From an uncultured Methanosarcinaceae archaeon (lineage in GTDB: Archaea; Halobacteriota; Methanosarcinia; Methanosarcinales; Methanosarcinaceae), in NCBI GenBank assembly GCA_963833425.1, contig CAWHXP010000003.1:128001-192000 (forward strand): 64,000 nucleotides of DNA, in the 5' to 3' direction. This document shows positions 1 through 12,757 of this stretch, piece after piece. Every line of letters starts with the position of its first letter. The first letter of the stretch is position 1. The translations under genes and the position numbers were made by a program. Below the pieces are notes generated by a model. The model was not told the DNA's origin, made no database searches, and saw only the letters and a program-made list of their open reading frames with translations.

Positions 1-1052
1 GTAAAATGAAATCAACCAAATAACAGAGGGCAATATATAAAATTAAAAAATTCTAATCAAAAGTAATCGAGAAGATTTAGCGCAATATTTTTCAGCGAAA
101 TGTTTTTCCATCCAAAAGCCTAAAAAAACTTGATAGATTAATGTGGACAAAAATACTCACTGTTGCTTTTTCACATAAGATATTTGTACCGCTTCTTTAC
201 AGTCAAATATTCAAATTTCTATTTTCCTGTATTCGCCTATTTAATTTTCCTAAATTACCTCTTAGTACTTTTGAAGTTACAAAATAGTAATTATAGCTAT
301 TATTTGGCAGCATAATTGCATTTAGAATTAAACCTCATTTTTTCGTTAAATCATTTGATACCTTCAAAAATTTCATCAAAACCATCTAGGATTTGTTAGT
401 TTTCACCCTACAAAGTAACAAAAAGATTTATTCCAGTCGAATACTTTGCAGCAAGCTGCCGAGATGGAAACTTCTCAGATAACCGGTGTTAAATAATTGA
501 GTTATATTTTAAGCTACATTTTTCATTATAAAAATGAAAGAAGTCATGCAAACAATTGCATCTCTAAAATAATATAAACTCTTTTTTAGGACGCATCGTA
601 CAAAATTTATTTAGAATATGAATTTATCAACTATTTAAAATATGTATGCTTTGGAATTGGTAAAAAAAAATACTATTTTGAGTTTGATACAATCTGTAAT
701 GTTGGCGTGCATATCATCTTTTCATTGGTGACAGGCAAAAAGCATTCTTCTTCAATAGTGATATAGATTATAAAAAGTATCGTAGTAAGTAAAATCTTAA
801 AATAACGCGGTGATAATTAAAACAATTGTGGAATTGTGAACTTGGGGATAAAGAATGTCACATTGGTACTGCAGAAGCTGTAACTTCCGACGTAATTAAA
901 GATTAAGTTAAAATCAAATAATCATGACGAAACAGAATTATATAAGAAAATGAAAATATTGTTGTTAAATAATTTCCTTATAACCGAAGCGATCCTCAAA
1001 TTGTAGTTTAGAGTCTCTTCTCACAGAAAAATAATCATATTAATTATGCTAG

Positions 1053-1141
1053 AAAAGATTTAGATAAAACCCCTTAATTTAGTTTTATGCATATAATTGA
1101 CATTAAATGACTCATAAAAGTCAAACATTTATCTAAACCTC
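1053..1141. mobile_element. Degenerate ~88-bp MITE (IS5-type TIRs)
   Basis: Ends aaaagatttagataaa / tttatctaaacctc resemble the TIR gag(a/g)atttcgataaac of the IS5 copies at 8449 and 49254; same length as other copies. Confidence 0.55.
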
Positions 1142-1558
1142 TATATTATATTAACTGAAAGGAAATATACATCTAGTCTTTCTGTAATAACATAGTTTAC
1201 CCTGGCTCCCACTTTCCGTATATGCACACAAAAAAGCTATCTATTTTTTCAATATAGAGCAGCTTAAGAATCAATCTAACTTTTCATGGATTATTAGTAG
1301 AAAACGGACAAACAAATTATGCATCTGAGAAGAGTAAGCTAATTATATAAAATTTATAGAAACCAAGATGTAGTTAAAAATGTCATCATGAAAGAGATTT
1401 AAAAACTAAATCGTTGGAAAGCTAATAAAAGCTGCACCACCAAATTAGAAAAAACAAAATTACCTATAAATCCCAACCCAAATGCAAATCCCCAATAAAT
1501 TTCGCAAAAAATATTTTATAAAGCAGAGAAATAAACAAAAATTCCCTAGGAATTTGAT

Positions 1559-1603
1559 TCCATAATGGTCGAATTTCCGAAAAGAATTTTCAGCCATTAT
1601 GGA
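1559..1603 (-). terminator. Stem-loop downstream of the regulator gene
   Basis: Inverted repeat tccataatgg (1559-1568) / ccattatgga (1594-1603), about 20 nt past the stop at 1624. Confidence 0.45.
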
Positions 1604-1623
1604 GCTAACTTGTTCAAAAGTCT

Positions 1624-2022
1624 TTACTTTGAGGGAGTTAATGGCACCTTTTTACTCATTACTTTCAGCTTCTTGATTGCTGAGATTGTTGCCTGGGATT
1701 CTTTGTAAATTTTATCCTCATAATAGCTTATAATCTCGTCAACAGGAGCTGCAAGGGCATAAATCTTAATCGGTCTCCCTTTTCCAGGCTTCTTTTCTGA
1801 ACGCACACTTACCCAGGACTGGTTACGCATTAACCTCATTGCGAGACTAACTTCGGGTTGCCTTAATCCAGTACTGATTTCAATTTCACGGGATGAAGCT
1901 TCGTCTACATTCATGAGATATGCCATAGTTGTAGCAACATTTCTTGACATCCCGAGATTTCTCAACGTTTCAATAAAAATGTGGTCGTTTTCGTCCAGCA
2001 CTTTTACTTCATAGTCTTTCAT
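1624..2022 (-). CDS. Winged-HTH transcriptional regulator (TrmB/ArsR-like archaeal family)
   Basis: 132 aa with SREIE..TGLRQPEVS helix-turn-helix and GKGRP wing; GGGGT RBS-like motif upstream. Confidence 0.85.
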   Translation of the reverse strand: MKDYEVKVLDENDHIFIETLRNLGMSRNVATTMAYLMNVDEASSREIEISTGLRQPEVSLAMRLMRNQSWVSVRSEKKPGKGRPIKIYALAAPVDEIISYYEDKIYKESQATISAIKKLKVMSKKVPLTPSK

Positions 2023-3231
2023 GATAACCCCTTTTTATACTTCTAGTTTAGTAGATAAGTTTGTCAGCTAAAAACTATCATGGTAATATTATTTACATCC
2101 TCAAATTATGCTTTGATAAGCACCTTATGCTTTTAAAATCACCTTTAAAGCTGACAACAATTAATAAATATGTATTTTGTATGCAGATTTATACGGCGAA
2201 TTATACCTTTTTGACATTTTGAAGAGAATAAAAAGCCTTTTTACTTTATGAATAAATTTTTCCCGTTTTCAGCCCAACAACCGATTATTAAATACAAGCC
2301 TTAAAATATATTCATAACTGCTACTAGAGCCAGTTTTATGAGATTGATTGGACGTTCAGTATAGTTTTAGCAATTAAAACCTGTATACGTATATAATTAG
2401 AAGGTTATTCATCTCCAACAATCAATAATGTATTCATACTATTTAAAGTTGTATATATTAAAAATGAATTTAAAAAGCTTCAATTAAGTTAAACGCAAAT
2501 TGGTCTCAAAAATAATCAAGTATCAGAGGCATGATTATACCCTGATTCAAATAAAAAGATTTGAGCTTTATATAAAAAGAGTATTATAAAGTAACTGATC
2601 AATAATTATGAAAATATATTTCTAGAGAAACCTAAACTTCATTTTTATAGAATATAAGTTACATTTAATATTTAAAGTGGAAAAAATAAAGATAAATTAG
2701 ACATATTAAATTGTATACTCTTCTCTAATATCCGGTTATTCTCTAAAAAAAAAAAATGGAAATTAATTTTATTTGCCTGTGTTTACCTTTCAAAGAAAAT
2801 TATAATTCAATTTAAATTTGTGCACTCGTTTAACTAAAAGAAACTATGCTTAATCTTTCCTATCTACTAAGATTAAAGACCTACTGATTTTGATCTTGTA
2901 AAGCTCTGATACATCCATGATGGAAGTAAGTCAAAAAAGTTAATATCTAATCTGCAGTAAATTTTATTAATAGTTTGACAATACCTTTGATAACTCGATC
3001 AACGTTTTAAGATTATTATAAATCATTCTGTGTTAGAGCATCAGGAGTCCTATATCTGATGAATGATACCATCGGATCGAAATTCTGTAGAATCTTGCCC
3101 TATATAGGGTGTTTACCTTATCACAATACAACATCATAAGTTTTGTTATTTTAATATCAACTACAATATTAACTATGAAAAATATATGGGTAAATATTAT
3201 ACTGGACTTCTAAGTATAAGGTAAGATTTTT

Positions 3232-4860
3232 ATGAAAGCTTCTGATCTTTTCGGCGCCCAACTCAAAGAAGAAGGCACATAATATATTTTTGAACTGCCA
3301 GGAGAAGAAAATCTGGACTTTCTAGAGTCATTGAGAATTTCAGAAATCAAACTAAGAGTAACAAGGCATGAACATGCTGCAGCTTTTATGGCCACAACCT
3401 ACTGAAGACTGACAGTAAAACCAGGGATTTGTTTTTCAATTCTGAGATCAGGAGCTACTAACCTGGTCACTGGCGTTGCCCAGGCACAGCATGTAGGTGC
3501 TCCTTTTATATCTATCTCCGGTTAGAAGGCACTGAATAACAACTGGCAGGGTCGTTTCCAGTTGTAGACGTTGCCAGGATGATGAAGCCACTCTGCAAAA
3601 ATTCCTTTGCAATAACTGATCCAGGAATGATTCCTACAGTAATCCGAAATGCCTTCAAACATGCAGAATCTGAAAGGCCAGGAGCTGTGCATATAGAACT
3701 CCCGGGAGATGTAGCTTAAGAAGAAACTGATGCAGTAGTACAAAAGAGAAGCTAAATAGGATTCTTACCCGAATTTAGAGGCCGTGGAGAAAGGTGCTTC
3801 TATGATCCGTGAAGCTAAAAATCCCTTGATAATGGTTTCTTCAGGAGCTAACAGAAAAGGAGTCGCTGAAGAGCTTGGGAACTTTGCCACAAAAACAGGC
3901 ATCTATCTGGTGCATACCCAGATGGGGAAAAGTGTTGTTCCGATGGCTGCATTTACAGTCTCTTTGCGATCGGAATCCATTCCAGAGATCATATCGACTG
4001 TGGAATCGATGGATCTGATGTGATAATCACCGTGGGGTACAACATTGCTGAATATCCTCCCTGTCTGTGGAATGGAAAACTGGATAAAAAGATCATAAAT
4101 TTAGATTTCGTGGGATATGTGCCTGAAAGATACTTTAACCCTACAGTAAAGATCATCGGAGGTGTCACCTCTTCAATCAGAGAACTTGCTGCAAATATTC
4201 AGGAGAAAAGGGAACTCCCTTTCTTTGAGAAGACCAGATATTTCATTGAGAAAAAAATAAATGCTACCCACCCCAAAATATCCTCCTTTGCCACAATCAG
4301 TAGTACACAGTGTCAGAAAAGTGTTCGGAAAGGAAGATATAATCATATTGAACAATGGAATTTATAAGCTGTGGTTTCCCCGCCTTTACAAGACATACGC
4401 CCTAAACACTGTACTTCTTGACAATGCCCCTGCAGTTATTGGAGGAGGCTCTCTGCAGGAATTACCACAAAACTTCTTCATCCTGAACGCCGAGTGCTTG
4501 CAATCTGCGGGAACCGGGGCTTTATGATAAATTGCCAGTAGCTTGAGACTGCAAAGTGTTATGGAATTCCTGTAGTTGTTCTTATTCTTAATGATAATGC
4601 CTTTGGTTTTATCAAATGGGAGCAGAAAAAGAAGCACTTTGAGGATTTTGGATTGGACTATGGAAATCCTGATTTTGCTCTTTTTGCGGAGACTTTTGGG
4701 GCTGCAGGCTTTAAGGTCAGATAAAGTGATAAACTTGCAGAAATTTTGGATATATCTTTTTCCTTAAATAAGTAGCTGTTATTGAATGCCCTATCGATTA
4801 TTCAGCAAATTATGATACCTTGTCGATAGAACTGAGAAACCTTATATGTGAATTCTTACC
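3232..4860 (+). pseudogene. Acetolactate synthase large subunit-like TPP enzyme, multiple stops and frameshifts
   Basis: Fragments MKASDLF..LKEEG, LPGEENLDFLESL, TRHEHAAAFMA, GATNLVTGVAQA, IITVGY, LDNG-like IILNNGIYKLWF, and ILNDNAFGFIKWEQ spread over several frames. Confidence 0.9.
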
Positions 4861-5441
4861 CTTTCTCCGCAGATATACACAAAAATTCCGTCTATTTTCT
4901 CAAGATGAAGTAGCTTAAAAATTAATCCAACTTTCAATGAATAAATAATGGCCAAATAGATAAACATATTCATAAACATGAATCATATAACTTTTTTATC
5001 CAGTTATTTAGTAATCCTGGGAGCAGAAGCTCTGAGATTTATCCTATTCTCAAGGTAGTAATAATTTTATCTAACCTCTAGGTAGAGACATCTTGTAGAT
5101 CAGATTCAGCTACAGTAGTTGAGATAGCCTTTAGATTCTCGAATACCAGATATATCATCTCAAAAGGGGATTCACATAATTGAGGCTTAAATAACACTGG
5201 TTTTCCGCTTTATAATCTTTGCCGTAAAAATCAACACGTGTAGATGAATAAAATATGTTTATTAATACATACATAAAGTATTTTCACTGATTTCAAACTA
5301 GAGATGAATCACAAAAAGCACGGAAACACAAGAGTAAGTATACCTGTGAACAATTTTTCCAAGTTTCCTGTGGTTATAAAATTTTCAGTGGCTTTAGTTA
5401 AGTAATTAAGTTAGAACTATACTTTATTCTTAAAAATGCAT

Positions 5442-6554
5442 TTAATTCGAATACTTACTAGACCTTTGAGTAATAATTGTGAGTATATCTTCATCCTGCA
5501 TTCTGTGATCGAGTCCTACTCGCTGTCCGGGATGCTTTGCGGAAGTACCCCATATCAGAGCATAACGGAATTTCCTTCGAAAATCTCTATGCAAGCGATC
5601 ACAGATCTTACCTATATTTGTTCCGCTCATAATTATCAGTGGTTCTTCAACATCTGCGAGCTGGCCCTGCGGTTTTAAATAGACTCGAATGAAACCAAGA
5701 CGATCATAAATTGCATCTTTGAGGGTTTCTATGTTGATTCCTTCATGAGCCGATATGAAGATTGAATTCGGGTATATATTTCTACATTCCTCAATCAGTT
5801 GGGGATAGGCCAAATCAACCTTGTTAACAACTATTAGCGCCCTTACATAACTCCTGTTGTTAAGGACGACATCAATAAGCTGGTCAACTGTTATATTTTC
5901 TCTTATAAGTACATTGGCATTATGAATCTTGTACTCATCCAGTACAGCTTTGATAGTTTCCTCATCCAGGTCAAGTTCAATAGTCGAGTTGATCTCGATT
6001 CCCCCTCTATCTTTCTTCTTTATAATCACATCAGGGATCTCTTCGTCAACACGAATTCCTGCCTGGTATAGTTCGTCCATGAGTACTTCATAATGCTTGG
6101 GTTGGAATACATCGAGCAAAAATATAACCATATCTGAATTCCGGATAACAGAAATGACTTCCTTTCCTCGTCCACGTCCAGAAGATGCACCTTTCACAAG
6201 TCCGGGAACGTCCAGGAACTGGATTGTTGCTCCTTTATGCTCGAGAACTCCTGGGACAACTGTAAGGGTGGTAAAGTCGTATGTACCAACTTCTGACTTG
6301 GCATCCGTGAGTTTGTTAAGAAGCGTGGATTTCCCTACTGATGGGAAACCCACAAGGGTCACAGTTCCATCTCCAGATTTTCTGATTGAGTATCCATCCC
6401 CTCCACCCTTTGAAGATGCTTTTTTTTCCACCTCGTCTCGCAAGCGAGCTATTTTAGCTTTCAACCTTCCGATATGATGGGAAGTTGCCTTGTTGTACTG
6501 CGTCTTGCGAATTTCATCTTCTACTTCCTGTATTTGCTCCTGTATACTGCTCAT
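5442..6554 (-). CDS. DRG/OBG-family GTP-binding protein with C-terminal TGS domain
   Basis: GFPSVGKST (G1), YDFTT (G2), DVPG (G3), NKVD (G4), TQYNKAT N-terminus. Confidence 0.95.
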   Translation of the reverse strand: MSSIQEQIQEVEDEIRKTQYNKATSHHIGRLKAKIARLRDEVEKKASSKGGGDGYSIRKSGDGTVTLVGFPSVGKSTLLNKLTDAKSEVGTYDFTTLTVVPGVLEHKGATIQFLDVPGLVKGASSGRGRGKEVISVIRNSDMVIFLLDVFQPKHYEVLMDELYQAGIRVDEEIPDVIIKKKDRGGIEINSTIELDLDEETIKAVLDEYKIHNANVLIRENITVDQLIDVVLNNRSYVRALIVVNKVDLAYPQLIEECRNIYPNSIFISAHEGINIETLKDAIYDRLGFIRVYLKPQGQLADVEEPLIIMSGTNIGKICDRLHRDFRRKFRYALIWGTSAKHPGQRVGLDHRMQDEDILTIITQRSSKYSN

Positions 6555-7253
6555 CTGGAACCTGCCGAGTTATGGACTGAATAAATTATTCTTATTTTAT
6601 CCGAAGAAAGAAAACACATAAATAATAATTTCTAAAAACTTTTTTGATCCAAAAACGATACTTCATCTTATTATTTTATCCTGAATAGTCGAATTCAATA
6701 TATATATCTATGGAATAATTTTATTTAATTATCCGAAAATGATAGGAATATTTTGTTAAATTTATATTTTTTAATAAGTATACTAATATTTAAAACTTAT
6801 TGAGAAAGGGGTCCGGAGAAATATCAGAGATAAAATTCATGTGATAGAACTAGAAAAAAAAAAATCAATAGCATTAAACCTTCAACCATCTAGTACTTTA
6901 TTAGTTAATACCAAGGTATTTTCATAATGAATTTCTGAGCTAGCGTAAGCTAATGCAACTACCAGATAGTCAGGAATTATTATTCCAATGTTATGGATGT
7001 GGTGAAGACTGGATACAAAATTAGGATGAGACATGACTGAGATGCGAATCTAACCGCTCCTTGTATGAGTCAGAATGATCTTAGAGATTCTGAAAAGGAG
7101 AATTTTGAAGCTTCATGAGGAGAAGGGAGGGATTATCGCTTTCTTGGAGAACATACAAGCTGTCAGGAAAGGGATTTTCGATATAATATCCAAGCTCGAA
7201 GGATTGAGTGTACTCAACAGTAGTCTCGGTTTCATAAAATAGAGGAAATAAAG

Positions 7254-8255
7254 GATCTGTAGAAATCCTTAATTTGACGCAAATTATTTCTATAACTTTT
7301 TTGTCTATGTTGTATATTATTAATTTAATTTTAATCTCTTTCACTTGACAACGAAATTTCCTTGCCCTAAGTGTTTCTCCTAATTTACTTTAACTACAGA
7401 AAACATTGTCTCCACGATATTTCTTTGATTATATTTAATTTAGTCAAAGACCAGATTCAACTGTTTTCTATATTTCCCCTTCTTTTCTTTCTTTTTCTCT
7501 CTCTTACAGGTATAATTGAATCTGCTTTGATTTCTTCTCTAATTATATAATGTATTTTTTTCTGAATCGTATCCTTTATCCATTACATAACAATCAGACG
7601 TTCTTATCTTGTTTAATTGCCTTATCAGAGCATTTGCATGTTTGATTTCATGGTCTGTTTCTGTTTTTTGACTAATTTTCCATCCCAATATTATCTTTTT
7701 ACTTGTGTCCACTGACATTGAAGTTCTCAGAAAGCTTCGAAGAAGCTTCCCTGTTCTTCTGGAATAATAATAGATTGCATATGAACTCGTAAATCCTGTT
7801 GCACCAATGCTGCAAAAGAGCCATTTTCTCCATATGAGTATAACAGCTTTAGAATCTTTGACAGAAGAAGGTTAAACAGAGAAGATGAAATCATGGTTAC
7901 AAACTTTTGAAGGGTAGTAAAATGTGGAATCTTATCAAGAGCAAGTTTTTCTTTTATATCGCTCATAAGGTCAATAAGTTCTACAAAATCTCGATAGGCT
8001 GTACTAATATACTTTTTCAATAAAACCAGTGCAAGAAGCGGATGCTGAATATAAATGTGTTTTGAATACCTGCAGGAATAAAACTTCAGTCTGAAGACTG
8101 AACAGTTTCAAGGCTGGTATCAACAAATTGAATGTACTTACTAAATTTCAATATCGAATGTTCCTTCGTTTTTAGCGAAAAAATAAGAAAATATTAGAAC
8201 GGAATAGTTATAATACTATAGTGTAAAAGTTCAATTTAGAGCATTTCTACAGAGC
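7254..8255 (-). mobile_element. IS5/IS4-superfamily DDE element with degraded transposase
   Basis: TIRs tctgtagaaatcct (7256-7269) and agcatttctacaga (8240-8253), 13/14 match; fragments KIPHFTTLQKF, MDKGYDSE, RNIVETMFSVVK in broken frames. Confidence 0.85.
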
Positions 8256-8448
8256 TGAAATAAAAGCTAAGACTAAAAAATATAGGTTATTTCAAAAATT
8301 TTCGGTTCCAAAATTTATCAGGCTATCAATTCCAAGTTATCCCTTTTACCTCGTTAGCTACAATTAATTTATATTAATTTATCATTCCAAAGTTTACTTA
8401 TCCGATTTTAAAATTCACTAATTATACAAGAGTTTTTTATTAACCATA

Positions 8449-9553
8449 GAGAATTTCGATAAACTCCATGCGCTTGAGCATGGTTGACTTTAAATTTGTC
8501 AATATTTATGTATATTCATGAAAACTCTTACTGATTTTGCTCTTAAAAATAGTATAAACTTCTTGAATCTGTTGGAGATAAGCTTGCTGAAATTTATTCC
8601 TGAATTGATTGGAAAACGTTTCGTATTATTCTTGAGTCTATGTATATTAACAAAACCGTTTCAGAAGGGAGATCTGAAACTGATGTCGTTGTGATGTTCA
8701 AAATGCTTGTTTTACAACAATGGCACAGGCTCTCTGATTTTAAACTTGAGAAACAGTGTATAGATCGAATTTCTTTTAGGAAATTCCTTGTATTTCCGGA
8801 ATACATACCTGACAATACTACTGTATGGCTATTTAGGGAGAGAATTATCGAGAATTTCAAAGAAAATATGGGGAAAGTTGCAAAGCCAACTTGATGCTCT
8901 GGGTTTACCGATAAAGCAGGGAATGATTCAGGATGCTACTTTTATCCATTCAGATCCAGGACATGCAAAAGCAGAGAGATGAGGCAAAAACAAGAAGAAG
9001 CAGAGACGGAACATGGACAAAGAAGAGAGGTAAATCTCACTTTGGATATAAGCTTCATAATATAATAGACAGAGATTATGAGCTGATCAGAAGATTCAAA
9101 ACAACAACTGCGTCAGTACATGATTCGTATGTAGATTTGACAGAGCATACTTTGGAGCAAAAACGAAAGGGTATAATGCAACAATGAAAAGAGCGGTCAA
9201 AGGACATACGTTGGGAATAAAGGATATATTAAGAAATAAGAGAATTAGCTCAAAAAGATTCCAAGGGGAAAGAGTTTATTCAGTAACGAAAGAAATTTTC
9301 AAAGCAGGAAGAGTTTTTGTTACTACTGTTAAAAGAGTAAATCTAAAAATGTTGTGTACGGCTTTTTGTTATAATCTCCATCAATTGAGGACATTGAAAA
9401 TAAAAAAACTATATTGAAGATAGCGGAAGCTATCTTTAAAATCAAAGAATTGAGACTAAGTAAAACCAAAAAGAGGACTTAAATAGAGAAATTGAGGGGA
9501 AGATCTTAGAAATTTCTGCTAAGAAATAAAATCCGAAGTTTATCGAAATCCTC
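8449..9553 (+). mobile_element. IS5-family element, defective transposase, copy 1
   Basis: TIRs gagaatttcgataaact / agtttatcgaaatcctc; 4-bp TSD CATA (8445-8448, 9554-9557); motifs MFKMLVLQQWH, DRISFRKFL, IQDATFI, HFGYKLH. Confidence 0.93.
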
Positions 9554-9918
9554 CATAGTTTAACAGTACAATTTCCCTTTACTGCGAGACTCAATCTTTT
9601 TGTCAAAAAGCATTAAAATCTTCCAAAATTTCATTCGGATCATCTAGGATGTGTCAGTTTTCAAGCATATTGTATTAAAATATTTTAGATGTATGCCGTT
9701 AATTCCATTTTAGAATTTTCACTATCTAATTTTGTAAACATAATTTAATATTTTTATCCATTATCCTATAATCTATCAAATTCAACATAAAGAATCAGAT
9801 CAAAGTGTAGGTGTAAAACCTCACTGCAAGCAATTGGGAGGTTTAAGCCATCGCTTTGTATCCAATTGGAATTACCCAAAATCAAATCTCCTCATTTTGA
9901 CATATAATTAGTACTATA

Positions 9919-10007
9919 GAATATTTCGATAAACCTCTTATTTTCATGAGTTATTTATATACCTATTATAAGCGTAAGACAAAATTTAAGGTTTTATCGA
10001 AATCCTC
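9919..10007. mobile_element. 89-bp MITE with IS5-type TIRs
   Basis: gaatatttcgataaacc ... ggttttatcgaaatcctc, flanked by TATA on both sides. Confidence 0.85.
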
Positions 10008-10251
10008 TATAGTCTCTTTGAAGGACAGCAATGGTCACAGTTAGATAAGGACAGCCACATTTCGAGAAAAAAGTATTAAATAATTGTCAGAATAGACATT
10101 TGAAAAATATTTCACTGTGAAATCGCGAAAAGTAAATCTGGTAAAAAGCCTATAATAACAGATATTTACCAAAAAAAAATATTAGTTGGAAGAGTCCCAC
10201 AAAATTTTATTTTGGCCTATTTTCCTCTTTCAATCTTCTGTGCCAGGCCTT

Positions 10252-11130
10252 TTATTTTTTGATGAGTTTACCTGTACTTTGAGTTATTTTTCCAAAAGCT
10301 TCAATGATCCTTTTTGTTATTGGCCCGATTTTGCCTGTGCCAATTGATCTTCCATCAAGTTTGGTCAAGGGAGCAGCTTCAGCTGCTGTGCCAGTAACAA
10401 ATATTTCATCTGCTGTGTAGAGATCAAATAGGCCCAGATTTGCTTCGATGGTTTTGTACCCTATTTCTTCTAGAAGTTCTATAGCTGTTGCTCTGGTGAT
10501 CCCTTTTAAGTTGCTTATTGTGAAGGGGGTGAACACTTTGTTGTTTTTGATAATAAAAATATTGTCTCCTGAGCCTTCGCACACAAAACCATTCTGGTCC
10601 AGGAAGATTGCTTCATCCCCTCCTTTCTCGTTTGCTTCTATCTTTGCCAGAATATTGTTCAGATAGTTCAGAGATTTGATATTCGGGGATAAGGCATCAG
10701 GAGCATTTCGTCGGATACAAACGCTGACTCCTGTGAGCCCGGTCTCATAAAGATCACCATACATAGCTCTCCAAGCCTGAGCTATAATGATCACGTTTGG
10801 CTTTCCACAATTACGGGGATCAAGCCCAAGATCTCCGATTCCCCTAGAGACTATTGGACGGATGTAAGCGTCTTTTAGATTGTTTTTCCTTAGGGTCTCA
10901 AGGATAATCTCAGTCATCTCATCCTTTGTGAGAGGGATATCCATTGCAATTGCCTTTGCTGAGTCATAAAGCCTGTCAACATGCTCCTTTAACTTAAAGA
11001 CACGCCCATTGTATGCCTTTATACCTTCAAACACACCATCACCATAGAGGAAACCATGGTCATAAACCGAAACCTTAGCTTCGGATTTGGGAACAAATTT
11101 CCCATCCAAGTAAATCAGCAATTCAGTCAT
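10252..11130 (-). CDS. ilvE: Branched-chain amino acid aminotransferase (PLP class IV)
   Basis: [23 protein letters not shown] (PLP lysine), [23 protein letters not shown]. Confidence 0.95.
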   Translation of the reverse strand: MTELLIYLDGKFVPKSEAKVSVYDHGFLYGDGVFEGIKAYNGRVFKLKEHVDRLYDSAKAIAMDIPLTKDEMTEIILETLRKNNLKDAYIRPIVSRGIGDLGLDPRNCGKPNVIIIAQAWRAMYGDLYETGLTGVSVCIRRNAPDALSPNIKSLNYLNNILAKIEANEKGGDEAIFLDQNGFVCEGSGDNIFIIKNNKVFTPFTISNLKGITRATAIELLEEIGYKTIEANLGLFDLYTADEIFVTGTAAEAAPLTKLDGRSIGTGKIGPITKRIIEAFGKITQSTGKLIKK

Positions 11131-11434
11131 TTGCGAACAATCCTCTTCAATTTCACCAAATTATAGATTGCATCTGTTTTTAATATTTTCTTCTAACGTT
11201 ATCTCTAAAGCACAATTCTTACAGATAATCTCTTTTTTTCATTTATTCACAGTATCTAAACTTTATGCAGAAATCTTAAATTAATTTGAGGCTTCAGGGA
11301 AATTTCCCCTGCTGATAAATTCATACATAACACGCTGAATACGCGGATAGATACTGAATATATATTACGATTTCGCTTCTACATAAATATTTTAATATTT
11401 TTTATAGTTCACTTCTTACAGATTTGAACAGAAA

Positions 11435-11555
11435 TGTCATCTATTTCCTCAATATGACAACGGATTGAAAATTAATCTGACTCTCAATGATTAAAAGGAA
11501 GTAAATCGGAAAACAAAATATACATATGTATAAATATAGGAAACGTCGGATGAAA
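11435..11555 (+). repeat. Dispersed repeat, copy 1 (second copy at ~53995-54120)
   Basis: Shared core ctcaatatgacaa...aaaattaatctgact.tcaatga. Confidence 0.75.
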
Positions 11556-11568
11556 ACACATAAAATCA

Positions 11569-11717
11569 GGTTCCGTTGCAAAAAATCTGGCTATTTTACA
11601 AAACCAATGAAAAACATCACGAATAGGATATCTAGATGTTATGAACAAGTAAAAAATGATACAAAAAGCAACCATTATAGCCTAAAAAGGCAGTAAAATT
11701 ATTTTTGCAACGGAACC
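11569..11717. mobile_element. 149-bp MITE with IS6-type TIRs
   Basis: Perfect 16-bp inverted repeat ggttccgttgcaaaaa / tttttgcaacggaacc; resembles ends of the IS6 at 59885-60749. Confidence 0.85.
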
Positions 11718-12757
11718 GGTCGTCGAGTAGATTAGATGTATATCGGTATGCTAGTGGCCTATTCCACGCAGATCGAATTGACTTGGCTCGTCGATTTTCG
11801 ATGTCATTATTTATTTCATCCTTAACCTTTTGGTTATTGTTAAATTCTATCCTTACTCAACTCTATTCCCATTAGCTCTGCCCATTAGCACTATCTCCAT
11901 TTAATTTGCCGATGATTTACTGTCAAATTGTATCATTGACTCATTATCATGTGGACTATAATAGAATCAATGCATTAAGGCAATTCTTTATTTAATATAA
12001 CTTTCTGATCTATAAGTTTTCGTTAGTAACCTATTAATCTTCTTTGTAATTCAATAAATATTTGTAATTATTTATAATTAATTATAAATAATATAGTTTA
12101 TGAATGAAAATTTCTTTCTCATAATATATTTTAAAATCTAATACTAATTTAATATTTACTGTAGTTTGATATTTTAGGAAATTTTCACAAAGTTAGCATT
12201 TAACTTTTTTACTAAAAAAGCAATATATACTAACCTCAGATTAAATTTGAAATTTTAAAGGCCTGATAATAGGTATCTTCAACACTATATAGCAAAAGTA
12301 TATTTTTTAAAATATATTGTTATGTCTCTGGGTTATTGATCAAATTTGGTAAATGATTATATCACCCATTTTTGAGAAACTATAGTTTCACTGCAAAAAT
12401 GAAAATCTCAGAATTTTTGCCGATATTTAAAACAGTTATTGTTGTACCAGATAATCCAAAGCTCATGTTTTTCATACTCGCTTACGATAGAACATAATGT
12501 CCATAAGCCGACAGCTGCTTTTATATCCAAGGCCACTAGCATTGTAGCACCGTTTGTGACATTGTTGCAAAAATAGTTATTTTTCTGAGGTTTATCAGCA
12601 AATTATTTTCCCTAATTGACTTGTATTTATAATTCAAATAGAACAACACATTTCTTAAAGAAAACATTCGACCTAATAAATATAAATAAATATTTAAATA
12701 AAATTCATTAACCAGTTAATTGAAAAAATTGACTACAATTTAAAAAAAATTAAGTGT

